Origin: Granulicella sp.
GTDB lineage: Bacteria > Acidobacteriota > Terriglobia > Terriglobales > Acidobacteriaceae
Direction: 5' to 3'
Length of the DNA stretch: 64,000 nucleotides
Assembly: GCA_035568455.1 (NCBI GenBank)
Contig: DATMOB010000022.1
Coordinates: forward strand, 4,733-68,732
Positions within the stretch are counted from its first letter, which is position 1, and every line of letters begins with the position of its first letter. The notes beneath the pieces are model-generated. The model saw only the letters and a list, made by a program, of their open reading frames with translations, was not told where the DNA came from and searched no databases. A program made the position numbers and the translations under genes. Below, piece after piece: positions 19,100-29,476 of the stretch.

Positions 19100-19947
19100 G
19101 GATGTAACCTCCTATTGAGAACACGCAGCGACCAGTCGATAAGGAAGAGCAGCAGGGCCACCCAGAGCACGTAAGGCAGAATGACGTCCATGCCCATGTG
19201 GCGGCGCATGATGGCGATGCGGTAGGCCAGACCATCCGAGGCGGCGATCATCTCGCCGGCGAACAGAAACAGCATCATGGGCTTCAGATTCAGCCTCAGG
19301 CTGTTGATGACCTGCGGGAGGATCTGGCGGAAGACGACGCGATAGGCGACGTCGAAGTTGTTGGCGTCGAGCGTGAAGGCCTTGACGATCTGCTCCTCGG
19401 GGACGGCCTTCACCATCTGGGTGACGTCGAGGATCATGGTGGGAGCGACACCGATGACGATCAGCGCGATCTTCGACCACTCCTCGATGCCGAAGACGAT
19501 GAACAGAATCGGAAGCAGAGAGAGCGCGATGATCTTGTCGAAGAAGAGCACGAAGCGCAGGAAGCCGGCGCCGAACCAGGGGAAGAGGCCGATGTGCAGC
19601 GCGAGGATCACAGCCGGAACCAGAAGGCAGAGGCTGATGAGGAAGCGGCGCCCGCTCGAGGCGGTGTCCTTCCAGATCATGGAGTGGTGCAGCCGCTCCC
19701 AGGTGCTGGCGTCCTCGGCGGGGATGTAGTCGTCCTCCTCGGCGGGCTCAAGCACGGCGGAGCGAATGCCGGCGGCGAGCTGGCGGGCGTTGGGGACGAC
19801 GCGGTCCTCAGGATTCTCGCGATGACGGCTGATCGAGGTCTGCGTGTACAGGCCGATGCAGACGACGAAGAGCAGGCAGGAGAGCGCCTGGGCGAACAGC
19901 CGGTTCGGCCGCGTTTGAATGTCGAAGGGATTCGCTAGATTCGCCAT
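19084..19947 (-). CDS. ABC transporter permease of the urea-carboxylase-associated type
   Basis: Multiple TM helices; lies between the SBP and ATPase; C-terminal GEMIAASDGLAYRI...RRHMGMDVILPYVLW. Confidence 0.9.
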   Translation of the reverse strand: MANLANPFDIQTRPNRLFAQALSCLLFVVCIGLYTQTSISRHRENPEDRVVPNARQLAAGIRSAVLEPAEEDDYIPAEDASTWERLHHSMIWKDTASSGRRFLISLCLLVPAVILALHIGLFPWFGAGFLRFVLFFDKIIALSLLPILFIVFGIEEWSKIALIVIGVAPTMILDVTQMVKAVPEEQIVKAFTLDANNFDVAYRVVFRQILPQVINSLRLNLKPMMLFLFAGEMIAASDGLAYRIAIMRRHMGMDVILPYVLWVALLLFLIDWSLRVLNRRLHPWFQA

Positions 19948-19953
19948 GGCGAG

Positions 19954-21048
19954 TTAGAGCTTCCCCTGTTGGGCAGCCTGCATATAGGCTGCGTTGAAGC
20001 GCAGACGGACGCGATCCTTCTTTCCCTGGACGGCGCCGTTGGGATAGGCGATGGCTACGTCGTCGACCGACTTGACGCCCTGTCCGAGCAGGCCGTGGGC
20101 GAAGCAGAACTGGCGGACCAGGTCCATCTTCTGCTCGAGACCCGGGCTGGTGGCGAAGTCGGCAGCGGCCTTGGGGGTGCTGAACAGGGCGGTGGTCTTG
20201 AGCTGCTCCTGATAGGAGGCGACCGTATCGCCGGAGGCGGCGGCCGAGTACTTGATGGCGTTGGCCTGGCCGGCGGCGAGCTGCGCGACCGTCTCGTACC
20301 AGGCACCGGTGATGGCCTTGGCGAACTTCTGGCCGTCGGGGCGGTTGAGAACCTCGGTGCGCACCACCAGAAGGTCCAGAATCTCGCCGGGGATCTTGGA
20401 CGAGTCGAAGATGGAGTGGACGCTCTTGTCGGTGGCGATCTGCGAGACCAGCGGCTTCCAGGTGACGACCGCCTGGTTGGACTTGTTGTTGAGGAAGGCG
20501 GCGGCGATGTCGGAGTCCGAGGTGTTGATCAGGTGCAGCTTGGCCAACTGGGACTGCTGGCCGTTCAGCACCATGCCGCGTTCCAGCAGATACTCGGATA
20601 CGGTCTTCTCGACCAGCATGACGGGCTTGCCGGGCAGCGTGGAGAAGTTGAGGCCGTTGCGCACCAGCACGGCGTCGTTGCCGTTGGAGTAGTCGCCGAC
20701 GATGATGGCGGTGGAGTCGACGCCGGCGGCGGCGGGCATGTCGAGCGCCTCCATATTGGTCATGGTGCAGGCGTCGATGTTCTTGGCGACGAAGGAGTCG
20801 AGCGAGGCGGCGTAATCGAAACGCTGCACCTTGATCGCGATGCCGTACTTGTCCGCCCACTTCTTCAGAATGCCGGACTTCTGCATGTAGAAGTAGGGGT
20901 TCCAACCGGCGTACACCGACCAGCCGACAGTGAAGGTCGGGACATCGGCCCGCGCCGCGGCAGGGGAGATCGTCCCCAGGACGAGAAGGAGCAGAAAAGA
21001 CACACAGACTGCGGGGCTCAAACGGGACTTCTTGGATCTCATGGGCAC
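19954..21048 (-). CDS. ABC substrate-binding protein of the urea-carboxylase-region family
   Basis: Signal peptide; WSVYAGWNPY, CTMTNMEAL, GDYSNGNDA, LINTSDSD and SKIPGEILDL match the SBP family usually found beside uca. Confidence 0.88.
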   Translation of the reverse strand: MPMRSKKSRLSPAVCVSFLLLLVLGTISPAAARADVPTFTVGWSVYAGWNPYFYMQKSGILKKWADKYGIAIKVQRFDYAASLDSFVAKNIDACTMTNMEALDMPAAAGVDSTAIIVGDYSNGNDAVLVRNGLNFSTLPGKPVMLVEKTVSEYLLERGMVLNGQQSQLAKLHLINTSDSDIAAAFLNNKSNQAVVTWKPLVSQIATDKSVHSIFDSSKIPGEILDLLVVRTEVLNRPDGQKFAKAITGAWYETVAQLAAGQANAIKYSAAASGDTVASYQEQLKTTALFSTPKAAADFATSPGLEQKMDLVRQFCFAHGLLGQGVKSVDDVAIAYPNGAVQGKKDRVRLRFNAAYMQAAQQGKL

Positions 21049-21197
21049 CTAAAAGTTCAACAGCGGGTGATGGTCAATCTCTTTCAGGGTCGTCTGAATG
21101 GATTGTTGGGAGAGTGCTCGGCTACCGGAGTGAGTGGCTCGAGTTTAGACTGGAGCCGTTCCGGAGCGATGTCGTATAGCGGTGTCCAATCGGGTTT

Positions 21198-21252
21198 ATA
21201 GAGAATGCCTATGGAAAAGGATTTGTCTATCGGGAGAATAGAAAAATTCAAT
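21198..21252. promoter_or_regulatory. Three LysR-type ATAG-N7-CTAT boxes in the divergent intergenic region
   Basis: ATAGAGAATGCCTAT (21198-21212), AAAGGATTTGTCTAT (21216-21230) and ATAGAAAAATTCAAT (21238-21252). Confidence 0.55.
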
Positions 21253-21418
21253 GGCAAGCTCGGAAGAGGAGTTTTTTTGTTCTAGTAGGAGCTGCACCGT
21301 TCCTCCAGGCTTTCTCTCTCTTCAACCGACTCAAGCGATCGCGCTGAGCATCGCCGGGCGCGCTCGCCTTGGCGATCACCGCCAACATCACTCGGAGCGC
21401 CAGGCTCGCAGGGAAATC

Positions 21419-22477
21419 ATGTCTTCTTGGATCGACGATTGCAGGCGGTATACGGGTTGGGTACGGGCTGGTGCAGTCCTCGCGACGGCCGCCTTGGTTC
21501 TGGCAGGGTTCGCAGACGCGCAGCAGCAGGCTGCCGCTCCGGCAACGCCCGAGGCTACCCGCGTTCGGCCGCCCCGGGTGGTGAAGCCCGGGGTGAAGAC
21601 GCCGGGCGTGCAGCGTCCCTTGAGCGAACTGCATCCGCAGGTGGTGTTTCCGGTGGCGGGCTCGCCGGACTGGTCGGTGATGACCAAGGACGCGGTCTGG
21701 ATCACCAGTGCGCGCGCAAACCAGGTGGTGCAGCTGCTGCCGGCGACGGGCAAACCGGGCCTGATGGTAGACATTCCGCGTCCCTGCTCGGGGCTGGCCT
21801 ATGGCTGGGGCTCGGTGTGGGTGCCGAGCTGCGGGTCGCACAAGCTGCTGCGTTTGGATGAGTCGACGGGCAAGGTGACAGCGGAGATTCCGGCCGATCC
21901 GGCGAACTCCGAGGGCGGGATCGCGGTCGGTGCGGGCTCGGTGTGGCTGGTGGCAAAGCCGAGCACGCTGCTGCGTATTGACCCCGAGAAAAATGCCGTG
22001 GTCGCGAGCCTGGAGCTGCCTTCCGAGTCGGAGAACCCAGCCTTCGGCGATGGATATATCTGGGTGTCGTCCTTCGGACATGGACAGCTCTTGAAGGTCG
22101 ACCCGAAGAGCAATCGCGTAGTCGACAGCATTGCCGTGGGGCCGCAGCCGCGCTTCCTCACGGTCGGTGCGGGCGCGGTGTGGACGTTGAACCAGGGCGA
22201 TGGCACGATCTCGCGGGTCGACATGAAGACCGATAAGCTGGTGGCGACCATTGTGTGCGGCATCCCGGGCACGGGCGGCGATATCACCTTCGGCGCTGGC
22301 TCTGTGTGGGCTACGCTGTATGACTTTCCCCTGACCCAGGTCGACGCCAAGACGAACCTGCCGGTGAAGCAGTGGGCGGGCAAGGGCGGGGATGGATTGC
22401 GCTTCGGATTCGGATCATTGTGGCTTTCGAACGGCGGCCAGCAGAACGTCTGGCGTATTTCACCGGAACAGAAATAA
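21419..22477 (+). CDS. Secreted beta-propeller protein (Vgb lyase/YVTN-like)
   Basis: Signal peptide and repeated GxGSVW/GxGAVW blades; first gene of the uca operon. Start placed at ATG 21419. Confidence 0.8.
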   Translation: MSSWIDDCRRYTGWVRAGAVLATAALVLAGFADAQQQAAAPATPEATRVRPPRVVKPGVKTPGVQRPLSELHPQVVFPVAGSPDWSVMTKDAVWITSARANQVVQLLPATGKPGLMVDIPRPCSGLAYGWGSVWVPSCGSHKLLRLDESTGKVTAEIPADPANSEGGIAVGAGSVWLVAKPSTLLRIDPEKNAVVASLELPSESENPAFGDGYIWVSSFGHGQLLKVDPKSNRVVDSIAVGPQPRFLTVGAGAVWTLNQGDGTISRVDMKTDKLVATIVCGIPGTGGDITFGAGSVWATLYDFPLTQVDAKTNLPVKQWAGKGGDGLRFGFGSLWLSNGGQQNVWRISPEQK

Positions 22478-22528
22478 GCTGTACCGTCTTTGGGCCAGTA
22501 GAACAGCCGGCAATCGTGCCGGGGAAGG

Positions 22529-23266
22529 TTGGATCGGTTGAGTTCTGAAGGAGTGGGATCTGAAGTGTTGTGGAAGGAGACGCTGCAGGGAGCGTCGACG
22601 TGGTCGCATGTCTTGAAGCGGGGAACCGCGCTGCGCATTACCGCCGGTGGCGAGCACGCCAACGTGGGTGCGCTGTTTCTGAACGCCGACAATCCCTCGG
22701 AGCGGCTGAACCTGCCGGATACGTTGAAGGCGCAGCATATCGCGCGGCTGACGACAGGGGCAGTGCTCTACTCGGATATGGGCCGGATCCTGTGCTCGAT
22801 CACCGACGACACGCTGGGCTGGCATGATCCGCTCGGCGGCTGCTCGGACGCGGTCATGGTGGCGGCCAAATACGGTGTGCTCAGCTACCAGCAGGCGCAC
22901 AACCACTGGCATCAGAATGCGCTCGACGGCTTCCTGATTGAGTTGGAGAAGCACGGTCTGAGTGGCCGCGATCTGATGATGAATGTGAACTTCTTCAGCA
23001 AGGTCGAGGTGGGCGGGGACGGCGGCATGCGTTTTGTTCCCGGCCACGCGCAGGCAGCAAGCGCGGTCGAGCTGCGCGCGGAGATGAACACGCTGGTGAT
23101 CCTCAACACCTGCCAGCACCCCATGGACCCCGATCCCGAGTACCGGCAGGTTCCGGTGGAGTTGACCGTGAAGCGTGTGCCTGCGCCCGGGCCGGAGGAT
23201 CTCTGCCGCCGGTTTCGGCCCGAGAACGAGCGCGGGTTTACCTTGACCGAGCGCTACTTCCTGTAA
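22529..23266 (+). CDS. cgdA: Urea carboxylase-associated protein (DUF1989), carboxyguanidine deiminase subunit A
   Basis: [58 protein letters not shown]; upstream of uca. Confidence 0.85.
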   Translation: MDRLSSEGVGSEVLWKETLQGASTWSHVLKRGTALRITAGGEHANVGALFLNADNPSERLNLPDTLKAQHIARLTTGAVLYSDMGRILCSITDDTLGWHDPLGGCSDAVMVAAKYGVLSYQQAHNHWHQNALDGFLIELEKHGLSGRDLMMNVNFFSKVEVGGDGGMRFVPGHAQAASAVELRAEMNTLVILNTCQHPMDPDPEYRQVPVELTVKRVPAPGPEDLCRRFRPENERGFTLTERYFL

Positions 23267-23312
23267 ACCGCAGCCATCCCTCTTTGAGCCATTCCATCAG
23301 GAGTCATTTTCG

Positions 23313-23987
23313 ATGCCAGAAGCAGTATTAGTCGAGAGCCCGCGCGTTGCGGAGAAGGCGATCTTCTCGGCCGACGTCCTCGCCGGCGACTCGTTCGTGC
23401 ACGAGGTCAAGCGCGGTCAGTTCATCCGCGTCGTCGATCTCGAAGGCAACCAGGCCGTCGACACGCTGTTCTACAACGCCAACGACTACACCGACCGCTA
23501 CAGCGCGCAGGACACGATTCGCACGCAGGCGAATATCTACCTGACCACCGGGACGAAGCTCATCTCGACGGGGCGGAATCTGCTGCTGACGATCGTGGCC
23601 GATACCTGCGGCCGCCATGACACGCTGGGTGGCGCCTGTGCGACCGAAAGCAACATGGTGCGCTATGCGATCGAAAAGCGGCATATGCATGCCTGCCGGC
23701 AGAGCTTTCTCCAGGGCGCGCTGGCGTGGTCGCGGCAGACCGGGAGCGAGTTGGGTAAGCGGGATCTGACGGCGAATATCAACTTCTTCATGAATGTTCC
23801 GGTAACCCCGGCGGGCGGGCTGACCTTTGAGGACGGCGTCTCCGATGCAGGCAAGTATGTGGAGCTGCGGGCGGAGATGGATGTGCTCATCGTGATCTCG
23901 AACTGCCCACAGTTGAATAATCCGTGCAACGCCTATAACCCGACGCCGGTGCGAGTACTGGTGTGGAACGCGGAAGAGATCGGCTAA
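23313..23987 (+). CDS. cgdB: Urea carboxylase-associated protein (DUF1989), carboxyguanidine deiminase subunit B
   Basis: [43 protein letters not shown] and [18 protein letters not shown]. Confidence 0.88.
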   Translation: MPEAVLVESPRVAEKAIFSADVLAGDSFVHEVKRGQFIRVVDLEGNQAVDTLFYNANDYTDRYSAQDTIRTQANIYLTTGTKLISTGRNLLLTIVADTCGRHDTLGGACATESNMVRYAIEKRHMHACRQSFLQGALAWSRQTGSELGKRDLTANINFFMNVPVTPAGGLTFEDGVSDAGKYVELRAEMDVLIVISNCPQLNNPCNAYNPTPVRVLVWNAEEIG

Positions 23988-23997
23988 AAGGAGCTTG

Positions 23998-26900
23998 ATG
24001 TTTAAGAAGGTATTGATTGCGAATCGCGGGGCCATTGCGTGCCGGATTGAACGCACGCTGAAGAGGATGGGGATCGGTTCGGTCGCGGTGTACTCGGCGG
24101 CGGACGCGAACTCGCTGCATGTATTTGAAGCCGATGAGGCAGTGGCGATCGGGCCGGCTCCGGCGGCGCAGAGCTATCTTTCATTCGACGCGATCTTCGC
24201 GGCGGCGGAGCAGAGCGGTGCGGAGGCGATCCATCCCGGATACGGCTTCCTCAGCGAGAATGTAACCTTTGCGCGAGCATGTGCCGAGCGCGGCATTCGC
24301 TTCATCGGACCGCATCCGGAGCACATCGAGGCCTTCGCGCTGAAGCATACGGCGCGCGAGACCGCCAAGCGCTGCGGCGTTCCGCTGCTTCCCGGCACCG
24401 GTCTGCTGAGCGATCGCGACGACGCGCTGCGGCAGGCGGAGACGCTGCGCTACCCGGTGATGCTGAAGAGCTCGGGCGGCGGCGGCGGCATCGGCATGCG
24501 GGTCTGCGCCTCTGCGGCAGAGCTGACCGAGGCGTACGAGTCGGTGCTGCGCCTGAGCAAGGCGAACTTCGGCGACTCCGGCGTGTATCTCGAAAGGTAT
24601 GTCGCGCAGGCGCGGCACATCGAGGTGCAGATCTTCGGCGACGGCAAGGGCGGCGTGATTGCGCTCGGCGAGCGGGACTGCTCGGCGCAGCGGCGCCACC
24701 AGAAGGTGCTCGAAGAGACGCCTGCGCCAGGGCTGACGGAGCCCACACGGCGGCATTTATATGATGCGGCGATCCTGTTGGGCAAGGCGGTACACTATGC
24801 CTCCGCGGGCACAGTGGAGTTTATCTACGACGATGCCACGGGAGAGTTCTACTTCCTCGAGGTCAACACCCGCCTGCAGGTAGAGCATGGCATCACCGAG
24901 CAGGTCACCGGCGTCGATCTCGTGGAGTGGATGGTGCTCGAGGCCTCGGGCGACCTGGCGCCGCTCGACTCATTTGCGATCACGCCCAGGGGCGCTTCGA
25001 TCGAGGCGCGTGTGTATGCGGAGGACCCGGCGCAGCAGTTCCAGCCCTCTCCCGGCAAGCTGTCGCTGGTTCGCTTCCCGGAGCCGGAGCTGGCGCGGGT
25101 AGAGACCTGGATCGAGTCCGGCGCGACGGTTACGCCGTTCTACGATCCGATGATCGCGAAGATTATTGTGACTGGAAAGGATCGTGCCGAAGCGCTGGCA
25201 AAGCTCGATGCAGCGCTGGCTGCGAGCGCCATCGATGGAACCGAGACCAATCTGCGCTATCTGCGCAAGGTTGCGGCCACTCCGGAGTTTGTGTCGGGTA
25301 AGGTTACAACCTCATTTTTGGGCAAGTTTGCGTTTGCTCGCAACGCGGTCGAGGTGCTCGAAGGCGGAACGCAGACGACGATTCAAGACTATCCCGGACG
25401 CACGGGGTACTGGCACATCGGCGTTCCACCCTCGGGGCCGATGGACCATCTCTCCTTCCGCATCGCCAACCGCCTGGTCGGCAACGACGAAGGCGCGGCG
25501 GCCATCGAGTTTGCCACGATGGGCGGTCGGCTCCGCTTCCATGCGGACACGACGATCGCGCTGACCGGCGCCGACATGGGGGCGAAGCTCAACGGCAAGC
25601 CTGTGGCTCGCTGGACGGCGATCGCGGTGAAGGCCGGCAGCGTGCTCTCGCTGGGCGCCGCGTCGAAGGAAGGCATTCGCGCCTACCTGGCGCTGCGAGG
25701 AGGCGTCGATTCGCAGCCCTATCTGGGCAGCCGCAGCACCTTCATGCTGGGCGGATTTGGCGGCGTCTCGGGACGGGCGCTGCGCGCGGGCGATGTACTG
25801 CATCTGCTCGACGCAGACGCGTCTGCATTGCCGAAGCCGGCGGCGCTGCCAGCGAAGTTCGTGCCCGAACTCACGCGGGCGTGGGAGATCGGGGTGCTCT
25901 TCGGGCCGCATACGGCGCCGGACTTCTTCACCGAAGAAGACATCCAGATGCTCTTCGCGACCCACTGGAAGGTGCACTACCAGAGCGACCGCACCGGCGT
26001 TCGTCTGGTGGGTCCGAAGCCAAAGTGGGCGCGGTCGGATGGCGGCGAGGCGGGCTTGCATCCCTCGAACATCCACGACAACGCCTATGCCATCGGAACC
26101 ATCGACTTCACTGGCGACATGCCGATCCTGCTCGGACCCGACGGACCCAGCCTGGGCGGGTTCGTCTGTCCCGCAACGATCGTACAGGCGGAGCTGTGGA
26201 AGCTTGGCCAGTTGAAGGCTGGCGACACAGTGCACTTCCAGCGCGTGACGCTGGCTGAGGCCGAGGCGATGGAGCGCGCACAGGACAGCTTCCTCGAGAG
26301 CTTCCGGACTGCGCCAGCCGCGCTTCCCGTTTCATCAAAGCCAGAGCCTGCAGTGATTGCTGCCTTCACGGACCGGCCGCAGAAGATGGTCTTTCGCGCC
26401 GATGGAGACAAGTACCTTCTGGTCGAGTACGGCGAACTGGAGCTGGACCTCTATCTTCGCTTCCGCGTGCATGTGCTCGAGCAGAAGCTGCGCGCCGAGC
26501 AACTGGTTGGGATCATCGACATCACTCCGGGCATCCGTTCGTTACATATTCATTACGACAGTCGCGTGCTCGCGCGGGCGAAGCTCATCGATCTGCTCGA
26601 TGAGATCGACCGCACGATGCCGGAGCTGACCGACATCACCGTGCCCTCGCGCATCGTGTATCTGCCGCTCTCCTGGGACGATCCGCAGGCCAAGCTGGCG
26701 CAGCAGAAGTACATGCAGGCAGTGCGGCCGGATGCGCCGTGGTGCCCGTCGAACATCGAGTTCATCCGCCGCATTAATGGGCTGAATTCGATCGACGACG
26801 TGTACCGCATCGTGCACGAGGCGAGCTACCTGGTGCTAGGTCTCGGCGACGTCTACCTGGGCGCACCGGTGGCTACGCCGGTCGACCCCAGGCACCGGCT

Positions 26901-27597
26901 GGTGACCACCAAGTACAACCCGGCGCGAACCTGGACGCCGGAGAACGCGGTTGGCATCGGCGGAGCCTACATGTGCGTGTATGGCATGGAGGGGCCGGGC
27001 GGCTATCAGCTCGTGGGCCGTACCATCCAGGTGTGGAACACCTGGAAGTCGACCGAGGCCTTTGCGCCGGGCACGCCCTGGTCGCTGCGCTTCTTCGACC
27101 AGATTCGCTTCTACCCGGTAAGTGCGGAGGAGCTGCTGCAGGCGCGGGAAGACTTTCCCCATGGCCGCTACGAGCTGCGCGTGGAGGAGACGAGCTTCAA
27201 CCTGAAGGAGTACCAGGCGTTTCTCGATTCGATCAGCGAGGAGGCGGCGGCGTTCAAGAAGCATCAGCGGGCGTCGTTCAACGCGGAGCGCGAGCGTTGG
27301 GTGCAGGCGGGGCTGATGACGGTCGCCGAACCCGAAACGGCGCCGGAGGAGGATGCAGCGGCGCTGGTGGCCGATGGCTGCGAGGGTGTCTCATCGCCGT
27401 TGACTGCGAGCGTGTTTCAGATCGCGGTCGAACAGGGCCAGCGCGTGACCGACGGGCAGAAGCTGATCGTACTCGATGCCATGAAGACGGAGATTGTCGT
27501 CGCATCGCACGTCGATGGCATCGTCGAAGAGCTGCATTGCGTGCCGGCGGCGCTGGTGCAGGGCGGCCAGCTGCTGGTATCGGTGCGGCCGGACTAG
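23998..27597 (+). CDS. uca: Urea/guanidine carboxylase
   Basis: Biotin carboxylase (IANRG, HPGYGFLSEN, FLEVNTRLQVEH), CT domains (HPSNIHD, TKYNPARTWTPE) and biotinyl domain DAMKTE. Confidence 0.96.
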   Translation: MFKKVLIANRGAIACRIERTLKRMGIGSVAVYSAADANSLHVFEADEAVAIGPAPAAQSYLSFDAIFAAAEQSGAEAIHPGYGFLSENVTFARACAERGIRFIGPHPEHIEAFALKHTARETAKRCGVPLLPGTGLLSDRDDALRQAETLRYPVMLKSSGGGGGIGMRVCASAAELTEAYESVLRLSKANFGDSGVYLERYVAQARHIEVQIFGDGKGGVIALGERDCSAQRRHQKVLEETPAPGLTEPTRRHLYDAAILLGKAVHYASAGTVEFIYDDATGEFYFLEVNTRLQVEHGITEQVTGVDLVEWMVLEASGDLAPLDSFAITPRGASIEARVYAEDPAQQFQPSPGKLSLVRFPEPELARVETWIESGATVTPFYDPMIAKIIVTGKDRAEALAKLDAALAASAIDGTETNLRYLRKVAATPEFVSGKVTTSFLGKFAFARNAVEVLEGGTQTTIQDYPGRTGYWHIGVPPSGPMDHLSFRIANRLVGNDEGAAAIEFATMGGRLRFHADTTIALTGADMGAKLNGKPVARWTAIAVKAGSVLSLGAASKEGIRAYLALRGGVDSQPYLGSRSTFMLGGFGGVSGRALRAGDVLHLLDADASALPKPAALPAKFVPELTRAWEIGVLFGPHTAPDFFTEEDIQMLFATHWKVHYQSDRTGVRLVGPKPKWARSDGGEAGLHPSNIHDNAYAIGTIDFTGDMPILLGPDGPSLGGFVCPATIVQAELWKLGQLKAGDTVHFQRVTLAEAEAMERAQDSFLESFRTAPAALPVSSKPEPAVIAAFTDRPQKMVFRADGDKYLLVEYGELELDLYLRFRVHVLEQKLRAEQLVGIIDITPGIRSLHIHYDSRVLARAKLIDLLDEIDRTMPELTDITVPSRIVYLPLSWDDPQAKLAQQKYMQAVRPDAPWCPSNIEFIRRINGLNSIDDVYRIVHEASYLVLGLGDVYLGAPVATPVDPRHRLVTTKYNPARTWTPENAVGIGGAYMCVYGMEGPGGYQLVGRTIQVWNTWKSTEAFAPGTPWSLRFFDQIRFYPVSAEELLQAREDFPHGRYELRVEETSFNLKEYQAFLDSISEEAAAFKKHQRASFNAERERWVQAGLMTVAEPETAPEEDAAALVADGCEGVSSPLTASVFQIAVEQGQRVTDGQKLIVLDAMKTEIVVASHVDGIVEELHCVPAALVQGGQLLVSVRPD

Positions 27598-27665
27598 ATC
27601 CGGACTGGGCGAACAAAGCAGCTCCTTGCGCTAGCGGAAGGACGGCAGGACCTCTGAGGAGAGCA

Positions 27666-29471
27666 ATGGATATTGCGGCGTTGCAGGCAGCGTATACGAC
27701 CGGGCAGACGGGCCCTGAGGCTGTGGTCGCGGAGGCTTACGATCGCATCGAGCGCGAGGGGCTGCGCCCGGTGTGGATCTCCCTGGTGCCGCGCGAGCAG
27801 GCGCTTGCGCGGGCAGCAGCGTTGGCCGGTCAAGACCGGAGCAAGCTGCCGCTCTACGGCATTCCGTTCGCGGTGAAGGACAACATCGACGTTGCGGGGA
27901 TGGAGACCACTGCGGCGTGTCCGGCCTACGCGTACACGGCCGAGTCGTCGGCCACCGTGGTAACACGGCTCGAAGCGGCCGGCGCGATTCTGATCGGCAA
28001 GACGAATATGGATCAGTTCGCCACCGGGCTGGTGGGGACGCGTTCGCCGTACGGCATCTGCTCGAGTGTGTTCGATTCGCGGTACATATCGGGCGGATCG
28101 AGCGCGGGCTCGGCGGTTGCGGTGGCCAGCGGGGTGGTCTCCTTCTCTCTGGGGACGGATACCGCGGGCTCAGGACGCGTACCGGCGATGTTCAACAATC
28201 TCGTAGGTCTGAAGCCGACACGCGGCGTTGTCAGCACGCACGGCGTCGTGCCGGCCTGCCGCACGCTCGACTGCGTCTCCGTCTTTGCCGAGACCGCGCA
28301 CGATGCCGCGCTGGTGCTGGCGGCGGCGCAGGGCTTCGACGAGAAAGACCCTTACTCGCGCGAGCCTGGCGCGGGCGCGGGCGCGGCTCCGTGGCAGCTC
28401 AACGGGGCTGGAGGATTTCGCTTCGGAGTGCCCGCGGCGGAGACACTGGAGTTCTTCGGCGATGCCTACAACCCGGCGCTCTACGCGGCGGCGGTCGAGG
28501 CGCTGGTCGCGCTGGGAGGCAAGCCGGTTGAGGTGGATCTGAAGCCGCTGCTGGACGCCGCGCAGCTGCTCTATAAGGGACCGTGGCTGGCGGAGCGCTA
28601 TGCGGCGATCGCTGGATTCCTCGGCAGCAACAAGGCCGAGATGGATCCTACGGTCGAGACGATCATCTCAAGCGCGGCCGACTACTCGGCTGCGGATGCC
28701 TTCGCGTCGGCCTACAAGCTGGAGGCGCTCAAACGCTCGATCCGGCCGGCATGGAGTGCGATGGACGCTCTGCTCTTGCCCACCGCGCCGCGCACCTACA
28801 CCATCGACGAGATTGCGGAGAAGCCCATCGAGCGCAACAGTCACCTTGGGCAGTACACCAACTTCGTCAACCTGCTGGATCTGGCGGCCGTGGCGCTGCC
28901 TGCGGGAATGCGTCCCGACGGACTTCCATTTGGTGTGAGCCTCATCGGTCAGGCGTTCACCGAGACGGCGCTGCTGGCTGTCGCCGATAAGCTGCATCGC
29001 AGGCTGGCAACGACGCTCGGAGGATCGCAGCGATCCTTGGCCTCGACCCCGGAGCTTGCGGCGATGCAGCCGCCGCAGGGCTGCCTACTGATGGCCGTTG
29101 TGGGCGCGCACCTCTCCGGGCAGCCGCTCAACTGGCAGCTGACCCAGCGCCGCGGCCGGCTAGTCAAGACCTGCCGCACCAGTGCGCAGTACCGCTTCTA
29201 TGCATTGAAGAACACAACGCCGCCCAAGCCGGGGCTGGTTCGTGTGCCGGGATTTGCCGGACCCGGTATCGAGGTCGAGGTATGGGCGCTTCCGGCAGAC
29301 ACCGTGGGCAGCTTCGTCGACGGCGTGCCGCAGCCGCTCGCGATCGGCACGCTGGAGCTGGAGGATGGCAGCCTGGTGAAGGGCTTCCTGGTGGAACCCG
29401 CTGGAGTTGAAGGCGCGGCAGAGATAACCGGGCTCGGGGGATGGCGGCGCTATCTGGCAAGTTTGCAGTAG
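27666..29471 (+). CDS. atzF: Allophanate hydrolase
   Basis: Amidase signature KDNID, GGSSAGS, SLGTDTAGSGRVP; C-terminal AVVGAHLSGQPLNWQL...KPGL domain. Start at ATG 27666. Confidence 0.95.
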   Translation: MDIAALQAAYTTGQTGPEAVVAEAYDRIEREGLRPVWISLVPREQALARAAALAGQDRSKLPLYGIPFAVKDNIDVAGMETTAACPAYAYTAESSATVVTRLEAAGAILIGKTNMDQFATGLVGTRSPYGICSSVFDSRYISGGSSAGSAVAVASGVVSFSLGTDTAGSGRVPAMFNNLVGLKPTRGVVSTHGVVPACRTLDCVSVFAETAHDAALVLAAAQGFDEKDPYSREPGAGAGAAPWQLNGAGGFRFGVPAAETLEFFGDAYNPALYAAAVEALVALGGKPVEVDLKPLLDAAQLLYKGPWLAERYAAIAGFLGSNKAEMDPTVETIISSAADYSAADAFASAYKLEALKRSIRPAWSAMDALLLPTAPRTYTIDEIAEKPIERNSHLGQYTNFVNLLDLAAVALPAGMRPDGLPFGVSLIGQAFTETALLAVADKLHRRLATTLGGSQRSLASTPELAAMQPPQGCLLMAVVGAHLSGQPLNWQLTQRRGRLVKTCRTSAQYRFYALKNTTPPKPGLVRVPGFAGPGIEVEVWALPADTVGSFVDGVPQPLAIGTLELEDGSLVKGFLVEPAGVEGAAEITGLGGWRRYLASLQ

Positions 29472-29476
29472 CGGAA

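Noticed and set aside
21083-21098. Hairpin TTCAG-ACGACC-CTGAA resembling a mini-ykkC ACGR loop
   Set aside because: Only one hairpin with a 6-nt loop; guanidine-II needs two ACGR tetraloop hairpins.
21302-21316. GAGAAAGCCTGGAGG on the - strand resembling the guanidine-I 3' motif
   Set aside because: Lacks the pairing partner for P3 and the upstream CUAGGGUUCCG/GGUCCGAG elements; not supportable by eye.
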